The translations under genes were made by a program, and so were the position numbers. A stretch of 64,000 bases of DNA from an uncultured Gammaproteobacteria bacterium (lineage in GTDB: Bacteria > Patescibacteriota > Patescibacteriia > Patescibacteriales > UBA12465): contig CAZTUJ010000001.1 in the NCBI GenBank assembly GCA_964616855.1, positions 451,102 through 515,101 of the forward strand, written 5' to 3'. This document shows positions 9,862 through 19,023 of this stretch, one piece after another; within the stretch, counting starts at the first letter, position 1, and every line of letters begins with the position of its first letter. The notes under the pieces are model-generated. The model worked only from the letters and a program-made list of their open reading frames with translations, was not told the origin of the DNA and searched no databases.

Positions 9862-11097
9862 TTATTCCTTTGCCGAATGGCGTATGGAAATAGTCTGAAA
9901 AGTGGTACCGTTATGGCCGCTGGTTTCAACGACCTCAACGCTTAAGAATAGGTACTTATAAACATTATCCCAGTACAGACAACTGGAGTTGTTTGGGTTA
10001 GGTGTCCCATTTTGGATGTTGGAACCAAATCGGGCCTTTTTTGGCATCTCTGAGATGGGAATCTCATACTGGCTCCAATTGGGAAAGCCGGTTGCCTGGT
10101 AGCTACTAAGCATGGGGGTACCCCAGGAGTCGTTCACATTGAACTGAATCCAGGGCAAGCAAACGGAGAAGGGTGTCTCATTATTCTGATAAATAATGAT
10201 ATTACCGTTACCGGGAAGTCCATACCGAATGTAGTTATCTCCACCTATTCCTGGCAAATCAAGCCCGCTGGAGCCATTGGGTGTTGGATCGCCATTGGCG
10301 TCCACATGATACTTAAGCATCCCCAAATTGGCGGGATTTGCCCAAATTGAGCCTTTGAAATTGGCCCATTGTTCTCCATGAAGAGCTGACAGTCGAACCA
10401 AGGGAGCGGCTTCAATGTCAGAATTCACGGCATTGTCAATGAAGACTTTGACCCAATGGCCTGTTTGGCCGCTTGGCATGGGGTAAAGCTGGTTATTCTC
10501 CATGCGGTAGTTTGTATCCGCGATGGGGATGTCCAGAAATACGGTCCAAGCCGGGCTGGTAAAGTTCCCTTTAATCTTGTAGGGTATATTATTCTCCATC
10601 CACGCTCCGTTTTTATAGATCCAAAACTCGGACCGATAGAAGCCGGGGGCGAGATAAGTTTTTCCCTTATACAAAATGGGGTCCCCATCAACACGGGGTA
10701 AACAGTTGAGATAAAGTTGCGCCTGGTGGGATCCGCCTTGCTGGTCAAAACCTATTAAAGTTACGGTCGACAGAATAAACTGCCGGCCATAGTAGTTACT
10801 TGCCAATGGATCGGTCACAACATTGTTGTTGTTGCTAAACGTCCACTGTACGGATGTCATTGGCATGGTTGAGGTGTAGGTGAAAGAATACACGTTACCA
10901 CCCTCGATGTTGATAGTATCGCTATTTAAAGCGTTGGAAGATTTGAGACCACCACCTAAGGGGCCGTCAGAGATAGCAATCTTTAGGACGCCGTCATTTT
11001 GAGGGTCCAGATTGTCAAACTCTACATATTCCTCCTTGTTACAAGAAGAGAATACAATCATTGCAATAGCCAGAATGGCCAAAAACAAATTTTTCAT
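9862..11097 (-). CDS. Putative lipoprotein, function unknown
   Basis: MKNLFLAILAIAMIVFSSC lipobox-like signal; no recognised domain. Confidence 0.5.
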   Translation of the reverse strand: MKNLFLAILAIAMIVFSSCNKEEYVEFDNLDPQNDGVLKIAISDGPLGGGLKSSNALNSDTINIEGGNVYSFTYTSTMPMTSVQWTFSNNNNVVTDPLASNYYGRQFILSTVTLIGFDQQGGSHQAQLYLNCLPRVDGDPILYKGKTYLAPGFYRSEFWIYKNGAWMENNIPYKIKGNFTSPAWTVFLDIPIADTNYRMENNQLYPMPSGQTGHWVKVFIDNAVNSDIEAAPLVRLSALHGEQWANFKGSIWANPANLGMLKYHVDANGDPTPNGSSGLDLPGIGGDNYIRYGLPGNGNIIIYQNNETPFSVCLPWIQFNVNDSWGTPMLSSYQATGFPNWSQYEIPISEMPKKARFGSNIQNGTPNPNNSSCLYWDNVYKYLFLSVEVVETSGHNGTTFQTISIRHSAKE

Positions 11098-11118
11098 CGT
11101 TTATTGAATTTAGTGAAA

Positions 11119-11180
11119 CACTCGGATTAACTTCTCAAGATGACTTTGTTAAAAATCATCTTGAGTGTCAATCCGAATAA
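11119..11180. other. Long imperfect inverted repeat in an intergenic region
   Basis: CTCAAGATGA...TCATCTTGAG (10 bp) nested within TCGGATT...AATCCGA. Confidence 0.4.
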
Positions 11181-11225
11181 CTAAATTATTTGGCAAAGGA
11201 CGAAATTATCTAAAAATAATTCTTA

Positions 11226-12320
11226 TTACTTTAAAAGGCTTTGATAGCTTGCCAAAGTTGTGGCCGCCACTTGGCGCCAATCATATTCTCGACAAGCCCG
11301 CTCGTAGGCAGCCAGGGCCTTTACTTGCGCCTCTTCTGGATGTTCTAAAATATAGTTCAATTTCACTTCTAAATCGCGTTCGTCCCGGCTCCGGAAGAAA
11401 AAGCCAGTATCAGCCAAAGCTTCGCGGTTACCCGGAATATCACTGGCCAAACAAGCACTGCCGTGGCCCATGGCTTCAAGGAGTGATAAAGATAATCCTT
11501 CCATTTCTGAGGTTTGGGCAAATAGATAAGCGTTAGCATATAATTGACGCAGAGCTTCGCCGTTTTGATTATCAATAAAGATAATCCGGGGATCACCAGC
11601 CGCTAGTTTCTTCAATTCTGATTCATATTCGCCATCACCAGCAATAACCAGCTTCTTATCAGTCTGTAGACGCTTAAAGACGGGAATTAGATATTGTAAA
11701 CCTTTTAGCTTGATTAAACGGGAAGCACTGAAGATATAAGAACCCTTGCTTAAGCCCCAAAATTTCAATGTGGTTTCTGCCTGTTCGCGTCCAAGTTCGG
11801 TGCCATTAGGAATCAGGGCGCATTCGCGTCCATATTTCTGACGAGCATACTCTTGGGTGGTTGGGGTTAAGACAATCACGGCGTCCGCTAATTGAAACAT
11901 CATCTTTTCTCCCAAACGGAGCATTAACTTAGCGAAACGGCTCCATTTTTCATTATCATAGTCAAAGCTATGGAGCGTGGCTACTAATTTAGCGCGAGGA
12001 CAGAAAATTTTTGGTAACCAAAGCAAAAGGGAGGGACCAACACCGTGATAATGAATAATATCAGGACGGCGGCGCAAAACATCCAAACTAGCAAAAAAGG
12101 TATGAGTGATGTTGGCTAAATTCTTCTGATTGATAAAAGGCTTATACAGCAACTGAACGCCATTAAAATCTTTCAGTTTCACGGGCGTATAGCCGCGCCG
12201 ATTATATACTAAAACTTCATGGCCCAAAAGATGTAACTGAGCGCTCAAAAACTGCACATGTCTTTCGACACCGCCGTTTTTTGCTGGTATTCCTTTTTGG
12301 CCGATGAAAGCGATTTTCAT
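11226..12320 (-). CDS. Glycosyltransferase family 4
   Basis: MKIAFIGQKGIPAKNGGVERHV N-terminus; C-terminal EGLSLSLLEAMGHGSACLASDIPGNRE. Confidence 0.8.
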   Translation of the reverse strand: MKIAFIGQKGIPAKNGGVERHVQFLSAQLHLLGHEVLVYNRRGYTPVKLKDFNGVQLLYKPFINQKNLANITHTFFASLDVLRRRPDIIHYHGVGPSLLLWLPKIFCPRAKLVATLHSFDYDNEKWSRFAKLMLRLGEKMMFQLADAVIVLTPTTQEYARQKYGRECALIPNGTELGREQAETTLKFWGLSKGSYIFSASRLIKLKGLQYLIPVFKRLQTDKKLVIAGDGEYESELKKLAAGDPRIIFIDNQNGEALRQLYANAYLFAQTSEMEGLSLSLLEAMGHGSACLASDIPGNREALADTGFFFRSRDERDLEVKLNYILEHPEEAQVKALAAYERACREYDWRQVAATTLASYQSLLK

Positions 12321-12430
12321 AGCTATATATATTGTTAACTTATAAAAGTATCAGTTATTTGTAATCTTGTCAATTAATAATATTAAATTATAACAAAAAG
12401 TATTATTTTTGTCAATAGTAAATAAAGCCT

Positions 12431-12464
12431 AACAAAAAAGAATATCTTTTAAAGATATTCTTTT
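12431..12464 (-). terminator. Palindromic terminator downstream of corA
   Basis: AAGAATATCTT-tta-AAGATATTCTT flanked by A/T tracts on both sides. Confidence 0.5.
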
Positions 12465-12498
12465 AATATAAGCTAAAAATCTAATTTATAGATAAATC

Positions 12499-13464
12499 CT
12501 AGGACAGCCAATTCTTTTTCTTAAAATACCTTAACATCGCCAAAGAACCGGTGCCCATAATTAAGAGAATTACCCAGAAACCATAGCGCTGATCCACGAA
12601 AGGCATATACTTAGCATTCATGCCGAAGATGGCGGCTAATAGCGTGAGAGGGAAAACAATAACTGAAAATAGGGTTAAGGTCTTCATGATATTATTCATG
12701 CGGTCATTAAGCAGGGACTCATTGGTATCATTTAAAACCTCCACCATCTCTTTCTGATTATCCAACATCTCCCAAATACGCTTAGAATGTTCGACTAAAT
12801 GTCCGTATTGCTTCTTCAAAGCTTCGGGGGAAACCAGGCTACTCTTCATACTCATTAATTTCTGTAAAATATTTTTATGATTTTGCATAATCTTACGAAT
12901 ATTGATGATGTTGCGGCGAAGATTCAAAATTTTAGCAACCGCGTCTTTCTGGTGCTGTCCGAAAATAAGATCTTCAACCTCTTCAATCGCTAAGCTATTT
13001 TGGTCAATTAAGAGATAGCAAGATTTTAAAAGGCGGTCCAAAATTTCATACAATAGCGTAGCGGATGACTCGGTCGTATAAGACAAGAGTAGATTAGGGT
13101 CTTTCTTGGCAATATTAAAAAAGTCACCTAAAGCGGGGATATTATCATTATGCAAACTAACTAAATAGCCGTGACCAATAAAAAATTCAATTTCGCCAGC
13201 AATCACTTTACCCTTGAAAAAGGTAGGGAAGTGTAAGATTAAAAAGAGATAGCCATTTTCGGCGGCCACCATCGGCCGCTGGGAAAAAACTGTAGCTACC
13301 GAAGCGTGTAAATGCTCAAGATTAAAATCATATTCTTTCCGCAAAAAATCAATTTCTTTACGACTAGCATCAACAATATTTAACCAAACCAGCGATTGTT
13401 CATTACCAGGGCGATCAATCGTTAATTTTTCAATTTTAGAACCTATTTTTTTATAATTTCCCAT
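12499..13464 (-). CDS. corA: CorA-family Mg2+/Co2+ transporter
   Basis: C-terminal FGMNAKYMP (GMN motif) followed by two TM helices. Confidence 0.85.
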   Translation of the reverse strand: MGNYKKIGSKIEKLTIDRPGNEQSLVWLNIVDASRKEIDFLRKEYDFNLEHLHASVATVFSQRPMVAAENGYLFLILHFPTFFKGKVIAGEIEFFIGHGYLVSLHNDNIPALGDFFNIAKKDPNLLLSYTTESSATLLYEILDRLLKSCYLLIDQNSLAIEEVEDLIFGQHQKDAVAKILNLRRNIINIRKIMQNHKNILQKLMSMKSSLVSPEALKKQYGHLVEHSKRIWEMLDNQKEMVEVLNDTNESLLNDRMNNIMKTLTLFSVIVFPLTLLAAIFGMNAKYMPFVDQRYGFWVILLIMGTGSLAMLRYFKKKNWLS

Positions 13465-13589
13465 AGAAGCAGAGCGCGGTAACCGCTAAATATTAACTTT
13501 GACGGCACCGTCTTTTTGTAATAAAATAAGGATAGTTTTATAAACCTATTATAGCAGAAATAAAAAGAGCGAGAAAGAGATTACTACTT

Positions 13590-14771
13590 ATGGCTATAAT
13601 CCTAGGAATCAACACCGGTGAAATTAGCTGGTCCGAGCTTAAAGGCCGCTTGGCGTCTTTTTATAATGACCGACTACCACATCAACTGGTAACCCCTAAT
13701 CCTGAAATTATCCTTAAAGCCCAAAAAGATGAGGAATTATTCTATATTCTTAACCGCGCAGATTTATCCTTAGCGGATGGTTTCGGCTTAAAAATAGCGG
13801 CCAAAATCAGCGGCCAAAAATTATATCGCTGCACCGGTGCTGACCTCTTGCCTTATCTTCTTCAAGAAGCCGAGGGAAAAAGGCGCGTCAGCATTATTAA
13901 TCGCCACGATGGTTTATCCTCAAGTCAAGATTTAGAAAAATATTTAAAGACTAATTATCCTCGCTTAGAATACCAAATTTTAGATAGTCCCAAAAAGATA
14001 TCACCAAGCGAAGAAGATATAATGAGCGTCCAAGCCTTTAATCCGAACTTGGCCATCTGTCTCTTCGGTGCCCCAGAACAAGAAAAATATCTTTTTCAGC
14101 TCCAAGAAAAATTAGTACAAATATCCTTGAGCGTGGGCTTAGGGGGAGCTTTTGATTTTTTGACCGGTAAATTAAAACGGGCGCCGCAACTCTGGCGCAA
14201 TCTCGGCCTGGAATGGTTTTGGCGATTTATCCAACAACCCTGGCGCTGGCAACGCATTTGGCGAGCAACAATGGTCTTTTCTAGGAAAGTTCTTTATTGG
14301 CGTTTTATCATGCCCCATCTTTATCGCCCCAACGTGGCTGTATTGATGTATAAATCCGGGAAAGATGGTCGTGAGATTTTTATTGTTGAAAGGCAGGATC
14401 GAGAGAGCCACTGGCAATTACCCCAGGGTGGTTTAGATGGAGAAGATATTGCCGTTGCTGGCGCCAAAGAGTTAAGGGAAGAGAGCGGTGCTAAAAATTT
14501 TAAAATTATCAAAGTCTACAAAAATCTTTATCGCTACCAATTTAACAAAGAAACGGGCAAAGATATTTTACAGCGCCATTTCGGCTATCGCGGCCAAAAA
14601 CAAAGCCTGCTGATTGTAGAATTTCAGGGCAAAGACACGGAATTAAAGATTAATTATTGGGATCATCGCGCTTGGCGCTGGATTAAAGAAGAATATTTAC
14701 TTACGCACATTCATCCTTGCCGGCAAGCAGCGGCTAAAATTTATTTAGAAAAATTAAAAGAAGCTGTCTAA
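13590..14771 (+). CDS. Fusion protein: WecB/TagA/CpsF-family glycosyltransferase (GT26) N-domain plus C-terminal NUDIX hydrolase
   Basis: VTPNPEI, DLSLADGFGL, EWFWRF (GT26 signatures); Nudix box GGLDGEDIAVAGAKELREESGA. Confidence 0.75.
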   Translation: MAIILGINTGEISWSELKGRLASFYNDRLPHQLVTPNPEIILKAQKDEELFYILNRADLSLADGFGLKIAAKISGQKLYRCTGADLLPYLLQEAEGKRRVSIINRHDGLSSSQDLEKYLKTNYPRLEYQILDSPKKISPSEEDIMSVQAFNPNLAICLFGAPEQEKYLFQLQEKLVQISLSVGLGGAFDFLTGKLKRAPQLWRNLGLEWFWRFIQQPWRWQRIWRATMVFSRKVLYWRFIMPHLYRPNVAVLMYKSGKDGREIFIVERQDRESHWQLPQGGLDGEDIAVAGAKELREESGAKNFKIIKVYKNLYRYQFNKETGKDILQRHFGYRGQKQSLLIVEFQGKDTELKINYWDHRAWRWIKEEYLLTHIHPCRQAAAKIYLEKLKEAV

Positions 14772-14777
14772 AAAAAT

Positions 14778-15758
14778 ATGAAAAAAATTAATTGGCGAAA
14801 GAAAGTCAGACTCCCTTTAAGCTTAGCCATACTAGCTTTACTTGCTCTAATTACTCTAAGTAGTGTCACCATCTATACTTATTCTTTAAATAATAAAAAA
14901 ATTAATCAAGAAAAAAAAGAAATCCATCAAGGCGGCTATAAATATATTAGCCCGCTACTAGAATGTGCTGACTTCGAATATAAAAATAGGGCAGACTTAG
15001 AAGAAAGTATCTCCGAATTAATTGATGAAGAAATAAAAAAGGGTGATGTTAATTTTATTAGCCTTTATTTCCGAGATTTAAACAACGGTCCTTGGATTGG
15101 TATTAATGAAAAAGAAACTTTTACACCAGCTAGTCTTTTAAAAGTGCCGCTGATGATTGCCTATCTCAAAATTGCCGAAAAGGATCCCAGCATCCTAGAA
15201 AAAAAAATCTTAACTGAAAACAATCAGAATCTTCTCTCTCAAAATATCATTCCTTTACGGACAGTCGAGGCTGGCAAAGAATATAAAGTTGAAGAACTAA
15301 TGGAATATATGATTATTTATTCCGATAATCTTGCCGCCGATGCACTCTTGCGTCATATTGACCTGGAGTCTTTAAATAATACTTATAGCGACTTAGGGAT
15401 TTCTGCCCCCGATGGCAAAGTTGACGATTTTATGAGCGTCCGTGACTATTCTTCATTTTTTCGCATTCTCTATAACGCCTCCTATTTAAACCACGAAATG
15501 TCGGAAAAAGCTTTAAAAATTCTTACCAAATCTCAATTTGTACAAGGACTGACCGCGGGCGTGCCCGCCCAAGTAGAAATTGCTCATAAATTTGGGGAGC
15601 GCATTTCTGGAGATAAAAAACAATTACATGATTGTGGAATTATTTACAAAGAAAACAGTCCTTATTTGCTTTGTGTTATGACTAGAGGGCAAGATTTCAG
15701 TAAAATGGGTGAAGTAATTAGAGATATTTCCGCCTTAGTTTATAAAGAATTTAAATAA
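14778..15758 (+). CDS. Membrane-anchored serine hydrolase with class-A beta-lactamase / PBP-like fold
   Basis: N-terminal TM; S-x-x-K (ASLLK), SDN (YSDNLAADALL), KFG near the C-terminus. Confidence 0.5.
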   Translation: MKKINWRKKVRLPLSLAILALLALITLSSVTIYTYSLNNKKINQEKKEIHQGGYKYISPLLECADFEYKNRADLEESISELIDEEIKKGDVNFISLYFRDLNNGPWIGINEKETFTPASLLKVPLMIAYLKIAEKDPSILEKKILTENNQNLLSQNIIPLRTVEAGKEYKVEELMEYMIIYSDNLAADALLRHIDLESLNNTYSDLGISAPDGKVDDFMSVRDYSSFFRILYNASYLNHEMSEKALKILTKSQFVQGLTAGVPAQVEIAHKFGERISGDKKQLHDCGIIYKENSPYLLCVMTRGQDFSKMGEVIRDISALVYKEFK

Positions 15759-15770
15759 TTTTACAAAATT

Positions 15771-17042
15771 GTGAAAAAATGTTATAATAGCAACATGACT
15801 AAAAAAATAAAATTTTACAGTGGCACCGTTGGCGGTATTGTTATTTTTGCGCTAATTTTTAGTTTTTACCAAGCCAATAATGCTCGCAGCGAAGACGATG
15901 ATCTCCTTAATATTGAGATCCAACAATTAAATACGCAAATCCAAGCCCAAAAACAACAACTAGACGCCATTGCTGCTAAACAAAAAGACTACAGCACTGC
16001 CATTGCCGCTAAACAAGCGGAAAAAAACAACCTTAACTCTCAATTAGAAATTCTGGAAACTCGTGCCGCGAAAGCGCAATTAGAAATTGAAAGTGCGAAT
16101 TTAGAAATCAGTAAAACCGATTTGGAAGCCAGAAAGATATCCTTAGATATTATTGATACTAATAGCCGCATCGACCAGCAGAAAGAGCATATCAGCAAAT
16201 TATTGCGTTTAGTTTATAAACAAGATCAAATCTCGGCTCTAGAAATATTGCTTCTTAATGATTCTATTTCCGAATTTCTTAATCAGTCAAAATATCTAGA
16301 AAATGCTAATGAAGAGTTACGCAACAGCTTAGCTAAATTACAAAACGACAAAGACCGACTAGATAAAGCCCAAATAGACGTCCAGGAAAAAGCGGAGACT
16401 TTAAATAAATTAAAAAAATCTTTAGAAGAAAAAAAGGCACAACTAGCCTATGAGCAAGAAGAAAAGAACTATCTCTTAGAAGAAACTCGCTCTTCCGAAA
16501 AAGCTTATCAAGACTTATTACAACAAGCCAAAAGAGAGGCGGCCCAAGCAGCTGCAGAAATCTCTAGTCTGGAAAACACCATCCGTAATAAGATGGCCCA
16601 AAAAGATAAGGACCGTTTAGAAAGTAGCGACAGTACTTTAACTTGGCCGGTGCCAGGAAGAACGATTACCGCTACTTTTCACGACCCCGATTATCCTTTT
16701 CGTCGCATTATTGGCGAACACTCCGGCGTGGATATCCGCTCCAAGCAGGGAAGCCCGCTCTACGCAGCGGCTGACGGCTATGTCGCTAGAGTTAAGTTCG
16801 ACGGCTCCACGGCCTACGCTTATATCATGATTGTTCACAATGATGGCATTTCTACAGTTTATGGTCACGTTTCTGGGGTCAATGTCGCAGCCGATCAATA
16901 TGTCACCAAAGGTCAGCTTATTGGCAGAACTGGCGGTGGTGCGGGCATGCCCGGCTCCGGTCCTTTCTCTACCGGCGCCCACCTCCACTTTGAGGTGCGT
17001 AAAGGTGGCATCCCTGTTAATCCCCTTAATTATCTCCCTTAA
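15771..17042 (+). CDS. M23 (LytM-type) metallopeptidase with long N-terminal coiled coil (EnvC-like)
   Basis: About 250 aa Q/E/K-rich coiled coil; HSGVDI...HNDG...GHV...GAHLHFEV. Confidence 0.8.
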   Translation: MKKCYNSNMTKKIKFYSGTVGGIVIFALIFSFYQANNARSEDDDLLNIEIQQLNTQIQAQKQQLDAIAAKQKDYSTAIAAKQAEKNNLNSQLEILETRAAKAQLEIESANLEISKTDLEARKISLDIIDTNSRIDQQKEHISKLLRLVYKQDQISALEILLLNDSISEFLNQSKYLENANEELRNSLAKLQNDKDRLDKAQIDVQEKAETLNKLKKSLEEKKAQLAYEQEEKNYLLEETRSSEKAYQDLLQQAKREAAQAAAEISSLENTIRNKMAQKDKDRLESSDSTLTWPVPGRTITATFHDPDYPFRRIIGEHSGVDIRSKQGSPLYAAADGYVARVKFDGSTAYAYIMIVHNDGISTVYGHVSGVNVAADQYVTKGQLIGRTGGGAGMPGSGPFSTGAHLHFEVRKGGIPVNPLNYLP

Positions 17043-17055
17043 TCCTTGATTAAAA

Positions 17056-17091
17056 AAATAAAGACCTCGCCCTGATAGGCGAGGTCTTTTG
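17056..17091. terminator. Bidirectional rho-independent terminator
   Basis: AAGACCTCGCC-ctgata-GGCGAGGTCTT-TT. Confidence 0.65.
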
Positions 17092-17101
17092 AAATCTAAA
17101 A

Positions 17102-18058
17102 TTATAATTGCCGCCCTTCATGTACCTTACGATGGATGTCGCGAAGTTGCTTGTTGGTCACATGAGTATAAATTTGAGTAGTGGCAATATTACTATGACC
17201 TAAAAATTCCTGCACCGTGCGCAAATCAACTCCCTGGTTTAAAAGGTCAGTAGCAAAAGAATGGCGCAGAGTATGGGGAGTCGCCATTACCGGCAAGCCG
17301 CTGATTTTCACATATTTTTTCACAATATCTTCGATGCTTTTCACAGTGAGACGACGAGAGGCGCTACTTTGAGCAGAGCCACGGCGATAATTGATAAATA
17401 AGGCCTCATCAAAATCTTTCCGCTCATCTAAGTAGGCCTTTAAAGATTTAACTGCTCGGGCAGAGAAATAGACGGTTCTAATCTTACTACCTTTGCCCAC
17501 CACCGCAATCTCCAAATCATCATTTACCGAACGAATTCTAATCTGTTCTAAATTTAAGGCAGCTAATTCGGCGACGCGCAAACCCGTGGAGAAAAGGGTC
17601 TCCAAAATTGCTCGATCCCGCAAGCCAATTAAAGTGTGGCGGTCGGGCGCCTCTAAGAGGCTGGCCAGCTGTTCTAATTTTAAAAATTTAATTTCTTTAT
17701 CAGACTTATCTTTTGCCAACTTTACTTTTGAAGGCGGCAGGGAACTAATATCTTTTTCTACAAAAAATTCCAGTAAAGAACGCAAGGCAATTAAGTAATA
17801 ATTCTGCGTACTTTTTTTTAAAGTTTTTTTAGTCTTGGGATCAGCGTGACGGGAAAGAAAAACTTTATACTGCCAAACATGGTCAGGACTAAAATCAGCC
17901 GGCTTTAATTCAGCCAAGCCAACACTCTCTAGCCAACGAAAAAATTTCCGTAAGAAACGGGTATAGTTTTCCTGAGTCTTAGTAGATAAGCCTTTTTCAA
18001 TCTCAGAATAATCAAGAAAATCAAGGAGATATTTAATTATTGCTTTTTGTTCAGCCAT
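17102..18058 (-). CDS. Tyrosine site-specific recombinase, XerC/XerD family
   Basis: C-terminal HTLRHSFATDLLNQGVDLRTVQEFLGHSNIATTQIYTHV (R..H-R-H..Y catalytic box); likely start at MAEQ (18058). Confidence 0.85.
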   Translation of the reverse strand: MAEQKAIIKYLLDFLDYSEIEKGLSTKTQENYTRFLRKFFRWLESVGLAELKPADFSPDHVWQYKVFLSRHADPKTKKTLKKSTQNYYLIALRSLLEFFVEKDISSLPPSKVKLAKDKSDKEIKFLKLEQLASLLEAPDRHTLIGLRDRAILETLFSTGLRVAELAALNLEQIRIRSVNDDLEIAVVGKGSKIRTVYFSARAVKSLKAYLDERKDFDEALFINYRRGSAQSSASRRLTVKSIEDIVKKYVKISGLPVMATPHTLRHSFATDLLNQGVDLRTVQEFLGHSNIATTQIYTHVTNKQLRDIHRKVHEGRQL

Positions 18059-18155
18059 ATTAATATTATAGCAGATAGGGAAGCGGAGGGACAATTGAAA
18101 AATATTAATTGACAGGTGATGAGCAAGGGTCTATGATTTTAAAAAAGATTGTACC

Positions 18156-18650
18156 ATGGAAACGAGCAGAGAAATATCCGTCCAATTAAGCGCCGTTCTC
18201 AAAATAGTTTACGAGCACACTGATGAGGGCGAAAATGAAATCGATTTATTAATCGAGCGAAAGGGAAATAATCTTTTATTAAGAAACATCGATTATAACC
18301 CTGACAAACCCCTCCTGACTGAGACATTGACGATATTGTTAAAAAATGTTGTTAATAAATTCAGTCCGGCTATTACCAAGATGAAAATTGTGGCCACCGA
18401 AAAAGTGCCACGCTACCAACTCTGGCCTTGGCCTAAAAAGACTATTGGCCAAGAGTTTAGCGCCGCTGTTGAAGAAATAATCCTTCGTGGCGGTCGCATC
18501 ATTATTAAGCCGCAAAACCCCCAAGAAGCCGGGGAACTGCGCCAACTACTGCTTCTAAGTCAAGACCATGACAATAAAGAAGTCTGGATTGACCCCATTA
18601 TCACCGGTTTAGATTTAAATTTAGAAAAAATTCAAATCGATGAAAAATAG
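18156..18650 (+). CDS. Hypothetical protein, divergent from the xer gene
   Basis: 164-aa ORF with no recognised motif; followed by a terminator. Confidence 0.4.
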   Translation: METSREISVQLSAVLKIVYEHTDEGENEIDLLIERKGNNLLLRNIDYNPDKPLLTETLTILLKNVVNKFSPAITKMKIVATEKVPRYQLWPWPKKTIGQEFSAAVEEIILRGGRIIIKPQNPQEAGELRQLLLLSQDHDNKEVWIDPIITGLDLNLEKIQIDEK

Positions 18651-18660
18651 AGTAAAGAAA

Positions 18661-18699
18661 AGCCCCGGTACGCACCAAGCGCTACTGGGGATTTTTTTA
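18661..18699 (+). terminator. Rho-independent terminator
   Basis: CCCCGGTA-loop-TACTGGGG followed by TTTTTTT. Confidence 0.5.
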
Positions 18700-18760
18700 T
18701 TTAGGGGAGCAGGGGTATAGATGAAAAGACTCAATTTATCAGCCTTTTCTGCATAATCAT

Positions 18761-18788
18761 ACTTCGCATAATGTATATTAATACACCT
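18761..18788. other. Candidate chromosome dimer-resolution (dif-like) Xer recombination site
   Basis: ACTTCGCATAATGTATATTAATACACCT: 18766..18780 identical over 15 nt to the E. coli dif core GCATAATGTATATTA, including the 6-bp central TGTATA; non-coding convergent gap about 700 bp from the xer gene. Confidence 0.4.
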
Positions 18789-18830
18789 AATAAGCATGAT
18801 GAAAACAAGGGCTATAAGGTATTAGGTCTT

Positions 18831-18971
18831 TTAGTAGATTACGAGTCCCAAAAAATTAATCTGTGGTACAAACATCAGGATTATTTTTACAATCAGTAAA
18901 AAAAGACCAACACTGATTAAAGAAAAAATAAACACCGAGAAGCCGAACAGAACCTTGAACATTGTTTCCAT
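18831..18971 (-). CDS. Possible 46-aa small hydrophobic membrane protein
   Basis: ORF METMFKVLFGFSVFIFSLISVGLFLLIVKIILMFVPQINFLGLVIY below the ORF-track size cutoff; no clear SD. Confidence 0.2.
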   Translation of the reverse strand: METMFKVLFGFSVFIFSLISVGLFLLIVKIILMFVPQINFLGLVIY

Positions 18972-19023
18972 ATAGTTGTGAAGCTGGCGGTATTCCCCGC
19001 CGCACTTCTTTAGTTACTTTTTG

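Noticed and set aside
13465-13589. Possible Mg-sensing riboswitch upstream of corA
   Set aside because: The leader is only about 125 nt with no recognisable M-box-like conserved blocks. It is more simply a divergent promoter region.
18701-18760. GGGGAGCAGGGGTATAG looked like a possible tRNA 5' end in the large gap
   Set aside because: No D-loop/T-loop consensus or acceptor-stem complement downstream. I saw no tRNA or rRNA gene in any intergenic gap of this window.
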